DNA of 64,000 nucleotides from Eledone cirrhosa (GCA_964016885.1 OZ024752.1:47244001-47308000); one strand, 5' to 3'. Counted from the stretch's first letter, positions 12,346 to 27,002 are shown. Notes: a model not told the origin generated them from the letters alone. Program-made: numbers and translations.

Positions 12346-12372
<27 letters not shown>

Positions 12373-12642
12373 TAACCTGATTTTTAATATATATATATAT
12401 TAACCAAGCTATTTAAACGTATGTTATTACTCTAAGGACCTACCCTTATTGAGTGCTTTACTACTCATTCCTTATTGTAGGTCGACTTTGCTTGGCCACA
12501 ACTAAAGCTTCGATTTTACTAAGCTTCCACTTGTAACTTGTGTATATATATATATATATATATATATCCGGGAGCTTCCAACAGTAATGTTTGCATTCTT
12601 TAAGGGTATGTCAATATTTATTTATAAAACTGATCTATATTA

Positions 12643-12707
12643 TATTTTATCTGATGAAAGCACACCATAATTTAACTTGGTGTCCTTGAAATATGTATAA
12701 TGAAATA
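12643..12707 (+). ncRNA. Minimal type I hammerhead motif
   Basis: ATTTTAT-CTGATGA-AAG.ACACCA/TGGTGT.CTT-GAAA-TATGTA-TA-ATGAAAT; near-palindromic short stem III. Confidence 0.7.
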
Positions 12708-13430
12708 AATATGGTTTTATAAATATAGTTTCCATTTGTTAATATCGTATATATATATATATATATATTTTTTTTTTTCAGTTTAAGTTGCTATCTGTCT
12801 ACCTATCTATCTATATAGATATAGATAGGTAGAAAGACAGACAGAGAGATTGATAGATAAATAGACACACACAGAGAGAAAGATTGATATGTAACCCCCT
12901 CCGCATCTATCTCTCTACATCTATATTTAATTAACTCTATCTCCACCATACTCTCTCTCTAGCCGTCAATTTATCTATTTATCCATCCATCTAAACCTCA
13001 CCCTAACCCCGAACCACCTCCTCCTAACTCTAACCTTACTCTACCAACCATATAGTTTCACTTATATCTGAATAAAACTACCCCACCTCTTCATCTAGTA
13101 ATCAGGTTCATTTCCCAATTATCTCCCTTACATCTAAATGCGGAATTAACTCCCTTATATCATTCCTGAATTATTTCCCTTCTAGCTATTTTTTAATTAT
13201 TTTTTTAAAAATCTAACGATAAGCCTAATACTTCATCTAGTTATTAATTTATTATTCCAGACTTAATCACTTTATGGAAAAAATATTTAACTGACCATAA
13301 TACTTCATCTAATAATAAATTATCATTCTCGTATCATCTCTCTTACATTTAACTCTAATACTTTTAGTATCAAGTTATCTTTATTGAAAAGTTATCTAAA
13401 CAGAAGCGAAATGTGAATATTATTGTGTAA

Positions 13431-13468
<38 letters not shown>

Positions 13469-13539
13469 CCCAATATAGAGATATGTATTATCCCGACCAC
13501 GGAGCCAAGTGGTGTCGCCTCCAGGCACGTATTCAACAG

Positions 13540-13848
13540 CGTATTGATGTTGTGCAGATTATTCCATATCTCATCATTGCATAATCTGTAAACTTTGAGC
13601 CCATTTACATATGATCGAGCTTGTTCCAGTATCTTCCAGTTATCTTGTATGTTCCCGTATCTTCCCTGTTCTTGTCTTTGAGCTGCTATATTTTATTCGC
13701 CAAATTTGAGGTTGCTCCTTTTATTTCGGTATCTGAAGTTCATTTCATGATTAAGGAAACGGTTTGTAAAATGACTTTCCGACAAGCCCACATATGTCCA
13801 GGTTTCCTTTTGGTGTTGTTGATTCAATAAGAAGACCTCAGCTTTTTA

Positions 13849-13855
<7 letters not shown>
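13540..13855 (-). mobile_element. Degenerate Penelope-like GIY-YIG fragment
   Basis: Frameshifted TYVGLSESHFTNRFLNHEMNFRY...QLKDKN...WKILEQARSYVNGLKVYRLCNDE. Confidence 0.65.
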
Positions 13856-13922
<67 letters not shown>

Positions 13923-14289
13923 GTTGGAGTTTGCTTGAAGCATTTTTGAATAGGAAATACAAATTTGAATAATTTTGAAAACCATACAATACATTAGAAA
14001 ATTAAAGGTGGTAAGAGAGCAAGATAATCTTATCTTAGCAGCATTATTAAATTTGCTAAGGTAAAATTCTATTGTTATCTTGTCACCTTTAATTTTCTAA
14101 TGCATTGCATGGTTTTCAAAATTATTTAAATATATATATATAGTGGTAGGTAATATACGAAGCTTGTCCTTAAACCAGAGGCGAGGACGACCAACTCAGT
14201 GTTTTGCATCTGTTAGCTGACCAAACAAGAGCTGCTTTGGTAAACATGATTCAGCCATTCTTACCTGGTGACGAGCCCATCTCAGGTTT

Positions 14290-14619
14290 ATTTTGTTAAA
14301 GATTGCCTCCATATTGGTGATATTGCATCGTTTAAGAACTTGTCAGACCATTTGATGCGACAGATTCCACATAAGCATCCCATGTGGAATAAATCAAATT
14401 GTCTAATGTGTTTGTGATATGTAATCAATGCCTCAGCACCATAGAGAAGTATGGTGAGTACAACAGCTTTATAAACTTCAACCTTTCCCCTTAAAGACAC
14501 ATCACTACAACCCCATAGCTTGCAATTCAATTTACCAAACACAGAGCTGGTCTTTGTAATTCGGTTCCCTTCTTCCTTGTCCATTTTTGCATTACTAGTT
14601 ATCACTGAACACAAGTGAA

Positions 14620-14620
<1 letters not shown>
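14290..14620 (-). mobile_element. RTE (BovB-like) LINE fragment
   Basis: RITKTSSVFGKL..KVEVYKAVVLTILLYGAE..FHMGCLCGICRIKWSD. Confidence 0.75.
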
Positions 14621-14686
<66 letters not shown>

Positions 14687-14714
14687 ACACACACATATAT
14701 ATATATATATATAA

Positions 14715-14759
<45 letters not shown>

Positions 14760-14760
14760 A

Positions 14761-14795
<35 letters not shown>

Positions 14796-15002
14796 GATAC
14801 ACACAGATACATACACACATACATATATATATATAAATACACAGATACACACACATACACATACATATATATAGCACACATGAAGAAATGTGTACATGAT
14901 ATGCTGGTGTGTGTGTATAAACATATATATATATATATATACAAGCACACACATAAGCTGTTTTCTGTACATGCATACCTACATACATACATACAAACAT
15001 AT

Positions 15003-16530
15003 AACATTGACCTCCTGGAAACTGTTCAGAGACGTGCAACCAAGCGCATACCCTCCATCAGACACCTACCATACTCTGAATGCCTTGCTTCCCTGGGCAT
15101 GGATTCATTGAAGCTCCGACGTCTGGCAACTGACTTGGTAAACACCCACAAAGTTATTAACCATCTTGCCAACAACAACTCTGAACACCTTTTTGAATTC
15201 CTTATGTCTAACACATGTGGGCATGCCAACAAAGTCAGAAAACAGCACAGCTCCCATGACTTTCGGAAACATTTTTTCACGCTTAGAGTTGCTGAAGCAT
15301 GGAACAGGCTGCCTGCGTCAGTTGTTAGCTGCCGAGACACTGCATCCTTTAAAACCCTCATGGAACAAACTACCTACATCAGTTGTTAGCTGCCGAGACA
15401 CTGCATCCTTTAAAACCCTCATGGAACAAACTACCTGCATCAGTTGTTAGCTGCCGAGACACTGCATCCTTTAAAACCCTCATGGAACAAACTACCTGCA
15501 TCAGTTGTTAGCTGCCGAGACACTGCATCCTTTAAAACCCTCATGGAACAAACTACCTGCGTCAATTGTTAGCTGCCGAGACACTGCATCCTTTAAAACC
15601 CTCATGGAACAAACTACCTGCACCAGTTGTTAGCTGCTGAGACACTGCATCCTTTAAAACCCTCATGGAACAAACTACTTGCACCAGTTGTTAGCTGTCG
15701 AGACACTGCATCCTTTAAAACCTCCATGGAACAAACTGCCTGCATCAGTTGTTAGCTGCCGAGACACTGCATCCTTTAAAACCCTCATGGAACAAACTAC
15801 CTGCACCAGTTGTTAGCTGCTGAGACACTGCATCCTTTAAAACCCTCATGGAACAAACTACTTGCACCAGTTGTTAGCTGTCGAGACACTGCATCCTTTA
15901 AAACCTCCATGGAACAAACTGCCTGCATCAGTTGTTAGCTGCCGAGACACTGCATCCTTTAAAACCCTCATGGAACAAACTACCTGCACCAGTTGTTAGC
16001 TGCTGAGACACTGCATCCTTTAAAACCCTCATGGAACAAACTACTTGCACCAGTTGTTAGCTGTCGAGACACTGCATCCTTTAAAACCTCCATGGAACAA
16101 ACTGCCTGCATCAGTTGTTAGCTGCCGAGACACTGCATCCTTTAAAACCCTCATGGAACAAACTACCTGCACCAGTTGTTAGCTGCTGAGACACTGCATC
16201 CTTTAAAACCCTCATGGAACAAACTACTTGCACCAGTTGTTAGCTGTCGAGACACTGCATCCTTTAAAACCTCCATGGAACAAACTGCCTGCATCAGTTG
16301 TTAGCTGCCGAGACACTGCATCCTTTAAAACCCTCATGCTTCCCGAAATTCGCCAAAACTACACCTGATGTCCCCCTTCCATACACATGCACACATGTGT
16401 ATATCATGACTCATGCACTGTTCATTTTCCTGACGTTTGTACACTACCCTATGTACTATACATACACCTTTGATGAGTTGTAGTGCACCTGAGCACTGTA
16501 CACAATATTTTCATTATTATTATCATTATA
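15003..16530 (+). mobile_element. CR1/L2-group LINE 3' end with a 61-bp tandem expansion
   Basis: [40 protein letters not shown]; 3'UTR and (ATT)n tail. Confidence 0.85.
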
Positions 16531-16914
16531 AACATTTATTCATACATACATATAAACTTATATACATACACACAACAGACTATAACATAATATATATTGA
16601 TTACTAAAAACAGAAAACCCACAACTAACTAACATATATACACCACTGACATATATATATATACACACCACTAACATATATACACCACTAACATATATAC
16701 ACCACTGACATATATATATACACCACTAACATATATACACCACTATCATATATAAATACACCACTATCATATATATACCACTAACATATATACACCACTA
16801 ACATATATACACACCATTAACTAACATATATACACACCATTAACTAACATATATATAACACTAACATATATACACACACCACTAACATATATATACAGCA
16901 CTAACATATATATA

Positions 16915-18520
16915 GAGAACTATACTGTCTTGGTGTTATATACACAGAGAACTATACCAGTGTTATATACACAGAGAACTATACCAGTGTTATATACACA
17001 GAGAACTATACCAGTGTTATATACACAGAGAACTATACAACTGTTATATACACAGAGAACTATACCAGTGTTATATACACAGAGAACTATACAACTGTTA
17101 TATACACAGAGAACTATACCAGTGTTATATACACAGAGAACTATACCAGTGTTATATACACAGAGAACTATACAACTGTTATATACACAGAGAACTATAC
17201 CAGTGTTATATACACAGAGAACTATACCAGTGTTATATACACAGAGAACTATACCAGTGTTATATACACAGAGAACTATACAACTGTTATATACACAGAG
17301 AACTATACCAGTGTTATATACACAGAGAACTATACTGTCTTAGTGTTATATACACAGAGAACTATACCAGTGTTATATACACAGAGAACTATACAACTGT
17401 TATATACACAGAGAACTATACAACTGTTATATACACAGAGAACTATACCAGTGTTATATACACAGAGAACTATACTGTCTTAGTATTATATACACAGAGA
17501 ACTATACCAGTGTTATATACACAGAGAACTATACAACTGTTATATACACAGAGAACTATACAACTGTTATATACACAGAGAACTATACCAGTGTTATATA
17601 CACAGAGAACTATACTGTCTTAGTGTTATATACACAGAGAACTATACCAGTGTTATATACACAGAGAACTATACCAGCGTTATATACACAGAGAACTATA
17701 CCAGTGTTATATACACAGAGAACTATACCAGCGTTATATACACAGAGAACTATACCAGTGTTATATACACAGAGAACTATACAACTGTTATATACACAGA
17801 GAACTATACCAGTGTTATATACACAGAGAACTATACTGTCTTAGTGTTATATACACAGAGAACTATACCAGTGTTATATACACAGAGAACTATACTGTCT
17901 TGGTGTTATATACACAGAGAACTATACTGTCTTGGTGTTATATACACAGAGAGCTATACCAGTGTTATATACACAGAGAGCTATACCAGTGTTATATACA
18001 CAGAGAACTATACTGTCTTGGTGTTATATACACAGAGAGCTATACCAGTGTTATATACACAGAGAACTATACCAGTGTTATATACACAGAGAACTATACC
18101 AGTGTTATATACACAGAGAACTATACAACTGTTATATACACAGAGAACTATACCTGTGTTATATACACAGAGAACTATACCAGTGTTATATACACAGAGA
18201 ACTATACTGTCTTAGTGTTATATACACAGAGAACTATACTGTCTTAGTGTTATATACACAGAGAACTATACCAGTGTTATATACACAGAGAACTATACTG
18301 TCTTAGTGTTATATACACAGAGAACTATACCAGTGTTATATACACAGAGAACTATACCGTCTTGGTGTTATATACACAGAGAACTATACTGTCTTGGTGT
18401 TATATACACAGAGAACTATACCGTCTTGGTGTTATATACACAGAGAACTATACCAGTGTTATATACACAGAGAACTATACCGTCTTAGTGTTATATACAC
18501 AGAGAACTATACCGTCTTGG
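16915..18520 (+). repeat. 27/32-bp minisatellite (GTGTTATATACACAGAGAACTATACCA)
   Basis: Direct inspection of tandem units. Confidence 0.95.
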
Positions 18521-18975
18521 TAGTATAGACATATAGATTCCTGCAGGCACACAATCAAAGACACTAATTAAACACAATATGCATTAGAATTTAATTTAAA
18601 TTCAATTAAATCTAGAATTTAATTTCTGATTTTTCAATATTAGCCTGAAAGAAAAACAAAAGAGAAGCTATTTGCTGCTGCTGCTGCTGTTGTTGTTATT
18701 ATTGTTATTGTTGTTGTTTTTGTTCATTTATATATATTTTATTTGCTGCTGCTGTTGTTGTTCATTTATATATATTTTATTTGTTGTTGTCATTGTTCAT
18801 TTATATATATTTTATTTGTTGTTGTTGTTTATTTATATATATTTTATTTGTTGTTGTTGTTGTTTATTTATATATATTTTATTTGTTGTTGTTATTGTTG
18901 TTTATTTATATATATTTTATTTGTTATTGTTGTTGTTGTTTATATATATTTTATTTGTTGTTGTTGTTATTGTTC

Positions 18976-19014
<39 letters not shown>

Positions 19015-19372
19015 TTCGTTGCTGTTGTTTTTTTTAAAAATTATTTTTGCATCGTTGTTTCTTCATTTTTTTTAAAGGGTGCGTGTGGAGTGAGGTGGGG
19101 GGTATGAAACTTTCATGTTTCTTTAAATCAAAGGACGACACACTCACACATACACACACACATACACTCACATACACACACACTCACATACACACACACA
19201 TACACAAAGACATACACACACACTCACACACACACAGTGTTCATGTGTATATTTACCTATATATATATATATATATATGTATTTATATACGTATGTATAT
19301 GTACAAAGATATGTACATATACAAACACAATAATTTTCATTATTATTATACATACAAGCATATGTGTTTTGT

Positions 19373-19416
<44 letters not shown>

Positions 19417-19725
19417 GCATACTTACACACACATATACATAGGCATATATATATATATATATATGTATGTGTATACACACACATAGATAGGCATATATAT
19501 ATATATGCCTCTGTATATGTGTAAGTATGCATGTATATATATCTATCTATTTATGAATGTATATATGTGTGTATATATTTATATATATAAATATACTCAC
19601 TCTCTCTCTCTATATATATAAATATATATATATATAATGTATATATATATATATATATATATATAATGTATATATATATATATAATGTATATATATATAT
19701 ATATATATAATGTATATATATATAT

Positions 19726-19758
<33 letters not shown>

Positions 19759-21841
19759 ATGTATATATATATATATATATAATATATATATATAATGTAT
19801 ATATATGTATATATAATGTATATATATAATATATATATATATATAATATATATATATAATGTATATATATGTATATATAATGTATATATATGTATATATA
19901 ATGTATATATATATATAATGTATATATATGTATATATAATGTATATATATATATAATGTATATATATATAATGTATATATATATAGTGTATATATATATA
20001 TATATAATGTATATATATATATATATAATGTATATATATATATATATAATGTATATATATATATAATGTATATATATATATATATAATGTATATATATAT
20101 AATGTATATATATATATATATAATGAATATATATAAAATGTATAATGTATATATAATGTATATATATAAGGTATATATATAAAATATATAAAATGTATAT
20201 ATGTGTATATATATATATTTCTTCATACCCTGAGTGCTTGAGAGAGAAAAAAATGTGAGATAAATGCAGAAGTGGAATGGGAAAAGAATGAAGAAAAGGA
20301 GAAGCTGGAAGAGAAATAATGAAAGGAGGGGGTGGGGGAGTGAATAGGGAGGGGGGTAGGAGGAGTGAAAATTATGAAAGGGGGAGAATGCTGGAGAGAC
20401 ACATAAGGAGAGAGAGAGTGGGGAGGGAGTGAAGGAAAGAGAGAAATTTACTAAGTAGATATTTGTGTGTGTTATTATGTGACTGTTTGTGAGATATTTT
20501 CTGTGTGTGTTTGTTAAATCATGTAGACACCCCTCTGCTCCACCTCTGGATTAAATATCTTGTGGAATTTTGTTATGTATTATCTGTATCTTCTGGGCAA
20601 GTTGTGCTTGTGGTTGGGGTTGGGCTGTTAGACTTACAATCATAATGGCGTGGGTTCAATTCCTTCAAGAAAGATTTTTCTTTTCTTGATACAGAAGGTC
20701 GGCAGAATGTGTGGTGTTGATTCTTTGATAGCCAAGAAAAGAAAATCTTTCTCGAAGAAATTATTGGATTTGTCCAAACTTAAAGGTTTTTTTTTATGAA
20801 CTGTCATTGTTTTATTGAAAAACATGAGCGGAGGTGGTGAACGCAGACCTCAGATCGCTGAAGCTCACAGAGGAGATGACGAAGGGCCGTGACAAGTGGA
20901 GAGATGCTGTGCTGAATAGGACCCGTGCCACTCTTGCTAGCAGGGAAAAGTGGTCGTAAAATGATGATGATGATGATGATATACACACATATATATATAC
21001 ACACACATATATATATATACACACACATATATATACACTCACACACATATATATATATAATGGTATGATTTATAGATAAGTATATATGATATATTATGAT
21101 TTGGTGATTAAACAGTTTTTTTTTTCTATTTAAATTTCTCTTTTCACAAAAAAAAAACAAAGAAAACATGTCAAAAGATAAAGGAGGAGGCAATGAAAGC
21201 CTGGTTATTGGTGAAGAAGATGAAGGCAAGACAAAATGGAGAAGTTTGTCACGGTTCCCACAAGCTTAACCTCTGCTTTAGTAATAAAAGGCTTGTTTTT
21301 TTTCTTTTCATGTCTCCATCTTCCTCTCGACAATACCCAGGCTTTCATTTAGAAAAAAGAAAAAAAAAAAAAATAGAATCACTTCTCGTTTTTTATGTAG
21401 GAGGTTATCAGGTTAGATATAATGTAATTTTTCAAAAAACATAAAAGCAAATATAAAATTATTTGAAGAAGAAACGTTTTATTAAACAACAAAAATGATA
21501 ATATTTTTATTTTGTGCATTAGAAGGAATGAAATGGTGAAATATATTGACCGTTATACTAGTACAAGGCCGGTATTTAAGTCTTGATAATGTAGCCAGAA
21601 ACTCTACAGTGATGTTTTATGGGCCTAAAATGTAACATTTTCCTGCTAGACTAGCATTAAATGATAAAATTATGTTGTGAAAATCTCATTTTAACCCTTT
21701 AATGTTCAAACTAGCCAAAACTGACCAGAGTTCTCTCACATCTTTCTGTTCAAACTGGCTGTAACAGGCCGCTCAAACTGATGTTAAGGTATTGTTCTCA
21801 AAATACTTTCAAAATCTCATAGAATCGATATTATATGAGTT

Positions 21842-23900
21842 AATTATATGAGATAAAGCCTTTACCATGAACATATAATAGTATATATAGAGTAATGTAA
21901 ATGTTATGTGAGGTAAAGCCTTTACCATGAACATATAATAGTATATATAGAGTAATGTAAATGTTATGTGAGGTAAAGCCTTTACCATGAACATATAATA
22001 GTATATATAGAGTAATGTAAATGTTATGTGAGGTAAAGCCTTTACCATGAACATATAATAGTATATATAGAGTAATGTAAATGTTATGTGAGGTAAAGCC
22101 TTTACCATGAACATATAATAGTATATATAGAGTAATGTAAATGTTATGTGAGGTAAAGCCTTTACCATGAACATATAATAGTATATATAGAGTAATGTAA
22201 ATGTTATGTGAGGTAAAGCCTTTACCATGAACATTTAATAGTATATATAGAGTAATGTAAATGTTATGTGAGGTAAAGCCTTTACCATGAACATATAATA
22301 GTATATATAGAGTAATGTAAATGTTATGTGAGGTAAAGCCTTTACCATGAACATATAATAGTATATATAGAGTAATGTAAATGTTATGTGAGGTAAAGCC
22401 TTTACCATGAACATATAATAGTATATATAGAGTAATGTAAATGTTATGTGAGGTAAAGCCTTTACCATGAACATATAATAGTATATATAGAGTAATGTAA
22501 ATGTTATGTGAGGTAAAGCCTTTACCATGAATATATAATAGTATATATAGAGTAATGTAAATGTTATGTGAGGTAAAGCCTTTACCATGAACATATAATA
22601 GTATATATAGAGTAATGTAAATGTTATGTGAGGTAAAGCCTTTACCATGAACATATAATAGTATATATAGAGTAATGTAAATGTTATGTGAGGTAAAGCC
22701 TTTACCATGAACATATAATAGTATATATAGAGTAATGTAAATGTTATGTGAGGTAAAGCCTTTACCATGAACATATAATAGTATATATAGAGTAATGTAA
22801 ATGTTATGTGAGGTAAAGCCTTTACCATGAACATATAATAGTATATATAGAGTAATGTAAATGTTATGTGAGGTAAAGCCTTTACCATGAACATATAATA
22901 GTATATATAGAGTAATGTAAATGTTATGTGAGGTAAAGCCTTTACCATGAACATATAATAGTATATATAGAGTAATGTAAATGTTATGTGAGGTAAAGCC
23001 TTTACCATGAACATATAATAGTATATATAGAGTAATGTAAATGTTATGTGAGGTAAAGCCTTTACCATGAACATATAATAGTATATATAGAGTAATGTAA
23101 ATGTTATGAGATATTATGTGAGGTAAAGCCTTTACCATGAACATATAATAGTATATATAGAGTAATGTAAATGTTATGTGAGGTAAAGCCTTTACCATGA
23201 ACATATAATAGTATATATAGAGTAATGTAAATGTTATGAGATATTATGTGAGGTAAAGCCTTTACCATGAACATATAATAGTATATATAGAGTAATGTAA
23301 ATGCTATGTGAGGTAAAGCCTTTACCATGAACATATAATAGTATATATAGAGTAATGTAAATGTTATGTGAGGTAAAGCCTTTACCATGAATATATAATA
23401 GTATATATAGAGTAATGTAAATGTTATGTGAGGTAAAGCCTTTACCATGAACATATAATAGTATATATAGAGTAATGTAAATGTTATGTGAGGTAAAGCC
23501 TTTACCATGAACATATAATAGTATATATAGAGTAATGTAAATGTTATGTGAGATAAAGCCTTTACCATGAACATATAATAGTATATATAGAGTAATGTAA
23601 ATGTTATATGAGATAAAGCCTTTACCATGAACATATAATAGTATATATAGAGTAATGTAAATGTTATGTGAGGTAAAGCCTTTACCATGAACATATAATA
23701 GTATATATAGAGTAATGTAAATGTTATGTGAGGTAAAGCCTTTACCATGAACATATAATAGTATATATAGAGTAATGTAAATGTTATGTGAGGTAAAGCC
23801 TTTACCATGAACATATAATAGTATATATAGAGTAATGTAAATGTTATGTGAGATAAAGCCTTTACCATGAACATATAATAGTATATATAGAGTAATGTAA
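21842..23900 (+). repeat. 60-bp satellite (~34 copies) inside a piggyBac-type MITE
   Basis: Near-perfect unit ATGTTATGTGAGGTAAAGCCTTTACCATGAACATATAATAGTATATATAGAGTAATGTAA, bounded by the two MITE ends. Confidence 0.95.
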
Positions 23901-24069
23901 AAGCTAAAGGTTTCCAGGCACACTTCCAGCCAAGTTTTTGGTTTACTTAGTATTTTTTAGAGATTTCTACAAGTTTTGAGATGATAACAGTAGTATAATC
24001 ATAAGACTGTGGTCCTGGTTAGTTATTTTTAGCATTATTATTTGCAAAGAAATAATAATGCTAAAATCC

Positions 24070-24280
24070 AGAGTGGCGGATTAGCAGAATCGATAGAGCA
24101 TCGGACAACATGGTTAGCAACATTATGGCCCTTTATGTTCTAAGTTCATAATCCTGCTGAGGTTAGTTTTGATTTTCATCCTTATGGGGTCGATAAAATA
24201 ATGCACTGGGGTCGATTTAATCAATTTTCCCTTCCCCCAAAAATTGTTAGCCTTGTGCCAAATCTAGAAACAATAATTAT
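24070..24280 (+). mobile_element. Second tRNA-derived SINE family with Nin/Deu-like core; copies at 690-1160, 8910-9110, 25375-25840, 26660-26985, 62940-63130 (-) and 36972-37120 (+)
   Basis: Shared core TTTCATCCTTAYGGGGTCGATAAAATAA(AGTACCAG) following a B-box-like GTTCAAATCC; (AAT)n tail. Confidence 0.7.
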
Positions 24281-25229
24281 TTGTGAGAAATTGGGCTGTT
24301 TTGACAGTTTGGGTGATTCTGATAAATAGTAACCCCTTGCAAGAAGTTAGAATTTTATTGTTAATCAAAATGTTTATTAGTATTCAAATGAGTTAATTAG
24401 AACAATTAGTTGAATTATAACTGGTTCTGTTAATTGAAACGTGTTAGTCCATTTGCAAGATTTACAAAAATCTATGGTTTATAGCACTTCTGAGTAATAG
24501 CTAATTCTTTGTCAAGTGGCAGAAAGAGCAACGTGAAATAATATGTCTTGCTGAAGGACACAATGCAACACATGGTCCAAGAATTGAACTTGGTTGTCCA
24601 TTGCTGATACTATCTACTATCTACTGGTCGCAACTCTGGGCAGAAAGAGCAACGTGAAATAAAGTGTCTTGCTCAAGGACAGGACACAATGCATCACTTA
24701 GTCTAAGAATTGAACTCACAAGCTCATAATTTCACCTTCACTCTGCTATTTGTGTGTGACAGCTCACACCTATGTGTGTGTGTGTGTGACAGCTCACACC
24801 TATGTGTGTGTGACAGTGACAGCTCACACCTATGCAGGTTTAGCTGGCCTCCTCCAAGGTATATTTCATTGGAGGTGTCTTGGGTGATTTAATGATAGGG
24901 ACCCCAGTCCCTATCATCTCATTTCTACAGCTGAGTAAAGTGGAGCAATGTGAAATAAAGTGTCTTGCTCAAGGAAACAACACATCACCTGGTCCGAGAA
25001 TTGAACTCACAACCTTTCGATTACAAGCCCAATGCTCTAACCACTAAGCCATGCGCCTTCATTTAGTCAAGGGTTAATGTAAAATAAAAGAACTGTGAAA
25101 AGAAATAAGGAAATGTCTTACAAATCAAACGAAACTACAAGTAAAGTTCTACAAGGAATTGTTATTGGTCGGATTCTTAACAATGGTGATTATTAAGAAG
25201 AGGTTTAGATGGGTTTTTGTTGAATCCTG

Positions 25230-25287
25230 TTAAATCTGAATGGACTTATTCTTGATAAACGCAGACAAAGTCTTCTGTGTGACATTC
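25230..25287 (-). CDS. FUZ: FUZ last coding exon (stop TAA)
   Basis: TTTCAG| acceptor, phase 2; NVTQKTLSAFIKNKSIQI*; the spliced PTYAMRNVTQKTL aligns with human PTHGLRSLATHTL. Confidence 0.85.
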
Positions 25288-25888
25288 CTGAAACGAAGTG
25301 AGAGAGAAAGAAAGAAAAAAATTATTTTAATGTGAAACTACTACTACTACTGCTACTACACCACCACATACCGTAAAGGGCCATAACTCTATGCTGCAAA
25401 GCATGGTGTCCGACCCTCTACCGATACTACCAAACCACCACCCCTTTATATCATAAATAGTTGTTTCTACTTTTGGCCCAAGGCCAGCAATTACTGGTAC
25501 TTTATTTTATCAACCCCGCAAGGGTGAAAGGCAAAGTTAACCTCGGCGGGATTTGAACACAGACTGTAAAGGCACGTAACTCTATGCTGCAAAGCATGGT
25601 GTCCGACCCTCTACCGATACTGCCAAACCATCGTCCCTTTATATCATAAATAGTTGTTTCTACTTTTGGCCCAAGGCCAGCATTTACCCCAGTGCATTAC
25701 TGGTACTTTATTTTATCAACCCTGTAAGGATGAAAGGCAAAGTTAACCTCGGCGGGTTTTGAACACATACTGTAAAGGGACGTAACTCTATGCTGCAAAG
25801 CATGGTGTCCGATCCTCTACCGATACTGCCAATCCCCTTTTATATAATAAATAATACCAAATTTATTATTATAGCTCTTCATACTTAC

Positions 25889-26021
25889 CGCATGGCATAA
25901 GTTGGAATATCATTGTTATAAAGAACAAAGAACTGATATGGAAGAGACTGAATGGCATAGCACTTGTGGGTGTCTGTTGTGATGTAGGTCTCTGTAGCAT
26001 TGTGGCCTAACATGGAAGGGT
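25889..26021 (-). CDS. FUZ: FUZ penultimate coding exon
   Basis: TTTGTAG| acceptor, CG|GTAAGT donor, phase 1-2; DPSMLGHNATETYITTDTHKCYAIQSLPYQFFVLYNNDIPTYAMR. Confidence 0.87.
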
Positions 26022-26514
26022 CTACAAAGAAAAAAAATAAAATAAAATAGATGAAAAAATACAAATTATCAAAACAACAATGGCAATTATTTAGTAATTT
26101 AATTATCATCATCATCATTATTTTATGTCCGCTTTTCTCTGCTTGCAAGGGTGGGATGGGTCCTATTCAGCACAGCATCTCTCCATTCATCACGGTCCTT
26201 CGTCATCTCCTCCATGAGCTTCAGCGATCTGAGGTCAGCTCTCACCACTTCCAACCATGTTTTTTGTGGTCTTCCTCTACTGTGTCTGCTTTCCACTGGG
26301 ATTTCTCGGCACTGCTTTACCCAGCAATCATCCTCCATGCACATCACATGTCCATACCAACGCAGTCTTCTCTCCTGCACACTACAGCCTATCCCTCTTA
26401 TACACATATAAATGTATATAAATTTATATAAATGTAAATTCCAAAAAATTGTCATTCTAGTCTGCACCCTGAAAGAAAGGCCACTTGTTTATTTGGTGTA
26501 AAGTCCTTGACAGA

Positions 26515-26600
26515 CATGCTTTAGTCTCTGGCTCAAATACTTTAGTCTCTGGCTCAAATACTTTAGTCTCTGGCTCAAATGCTTTAGTCTCTGGCTCAAA
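26515..26600 (+). repeat. 22-bp tandem repeat x4 in a FUZ intron
   Basis: CTTTAGTCTCTGGCTCAAATA repeated. Confidence 0.85.
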
Positions 26601-27002
26601 GATGTTCTGATTCCTCCTGAATATTGTCTAAAAGATGACATGGTTTTCAAAATAATAATAATAATAATTGTTTCTACTATAGGTACAAGGTCAACAATTG
26701 GGGGGGGGGGGGGGAGGAAATCGATTGAATTGATCCCATTGAATTACTGGTGCTTTATTTATCGACCCCGTAAGGATGAAAGGCAAAGCTAACCTTGGTG
26801 GGATTTGAACTCAGATCATAAAGGGCCATAACTCTTTGCTGCTAAGCATGGCGTCCGACTCTCTACCAACACTGCCAATCCACTGGTTCTCAAAATAATA
26901 ATTGTTTCTACTTTTGGCACAAGGCCAGCAATTACCCAGTGCATTACTGGTACTTTATTTTATCGACCCCGTAAGGATGAAACAATGAAAATTATTGTGT
27001 AC

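Noticed and set aside
21809-23923. Long repetitive ORFs (MFMVKALPH.. / HGKGFTSH..)
   Set aside because: Products of the 60-bp MITE-derived satellite
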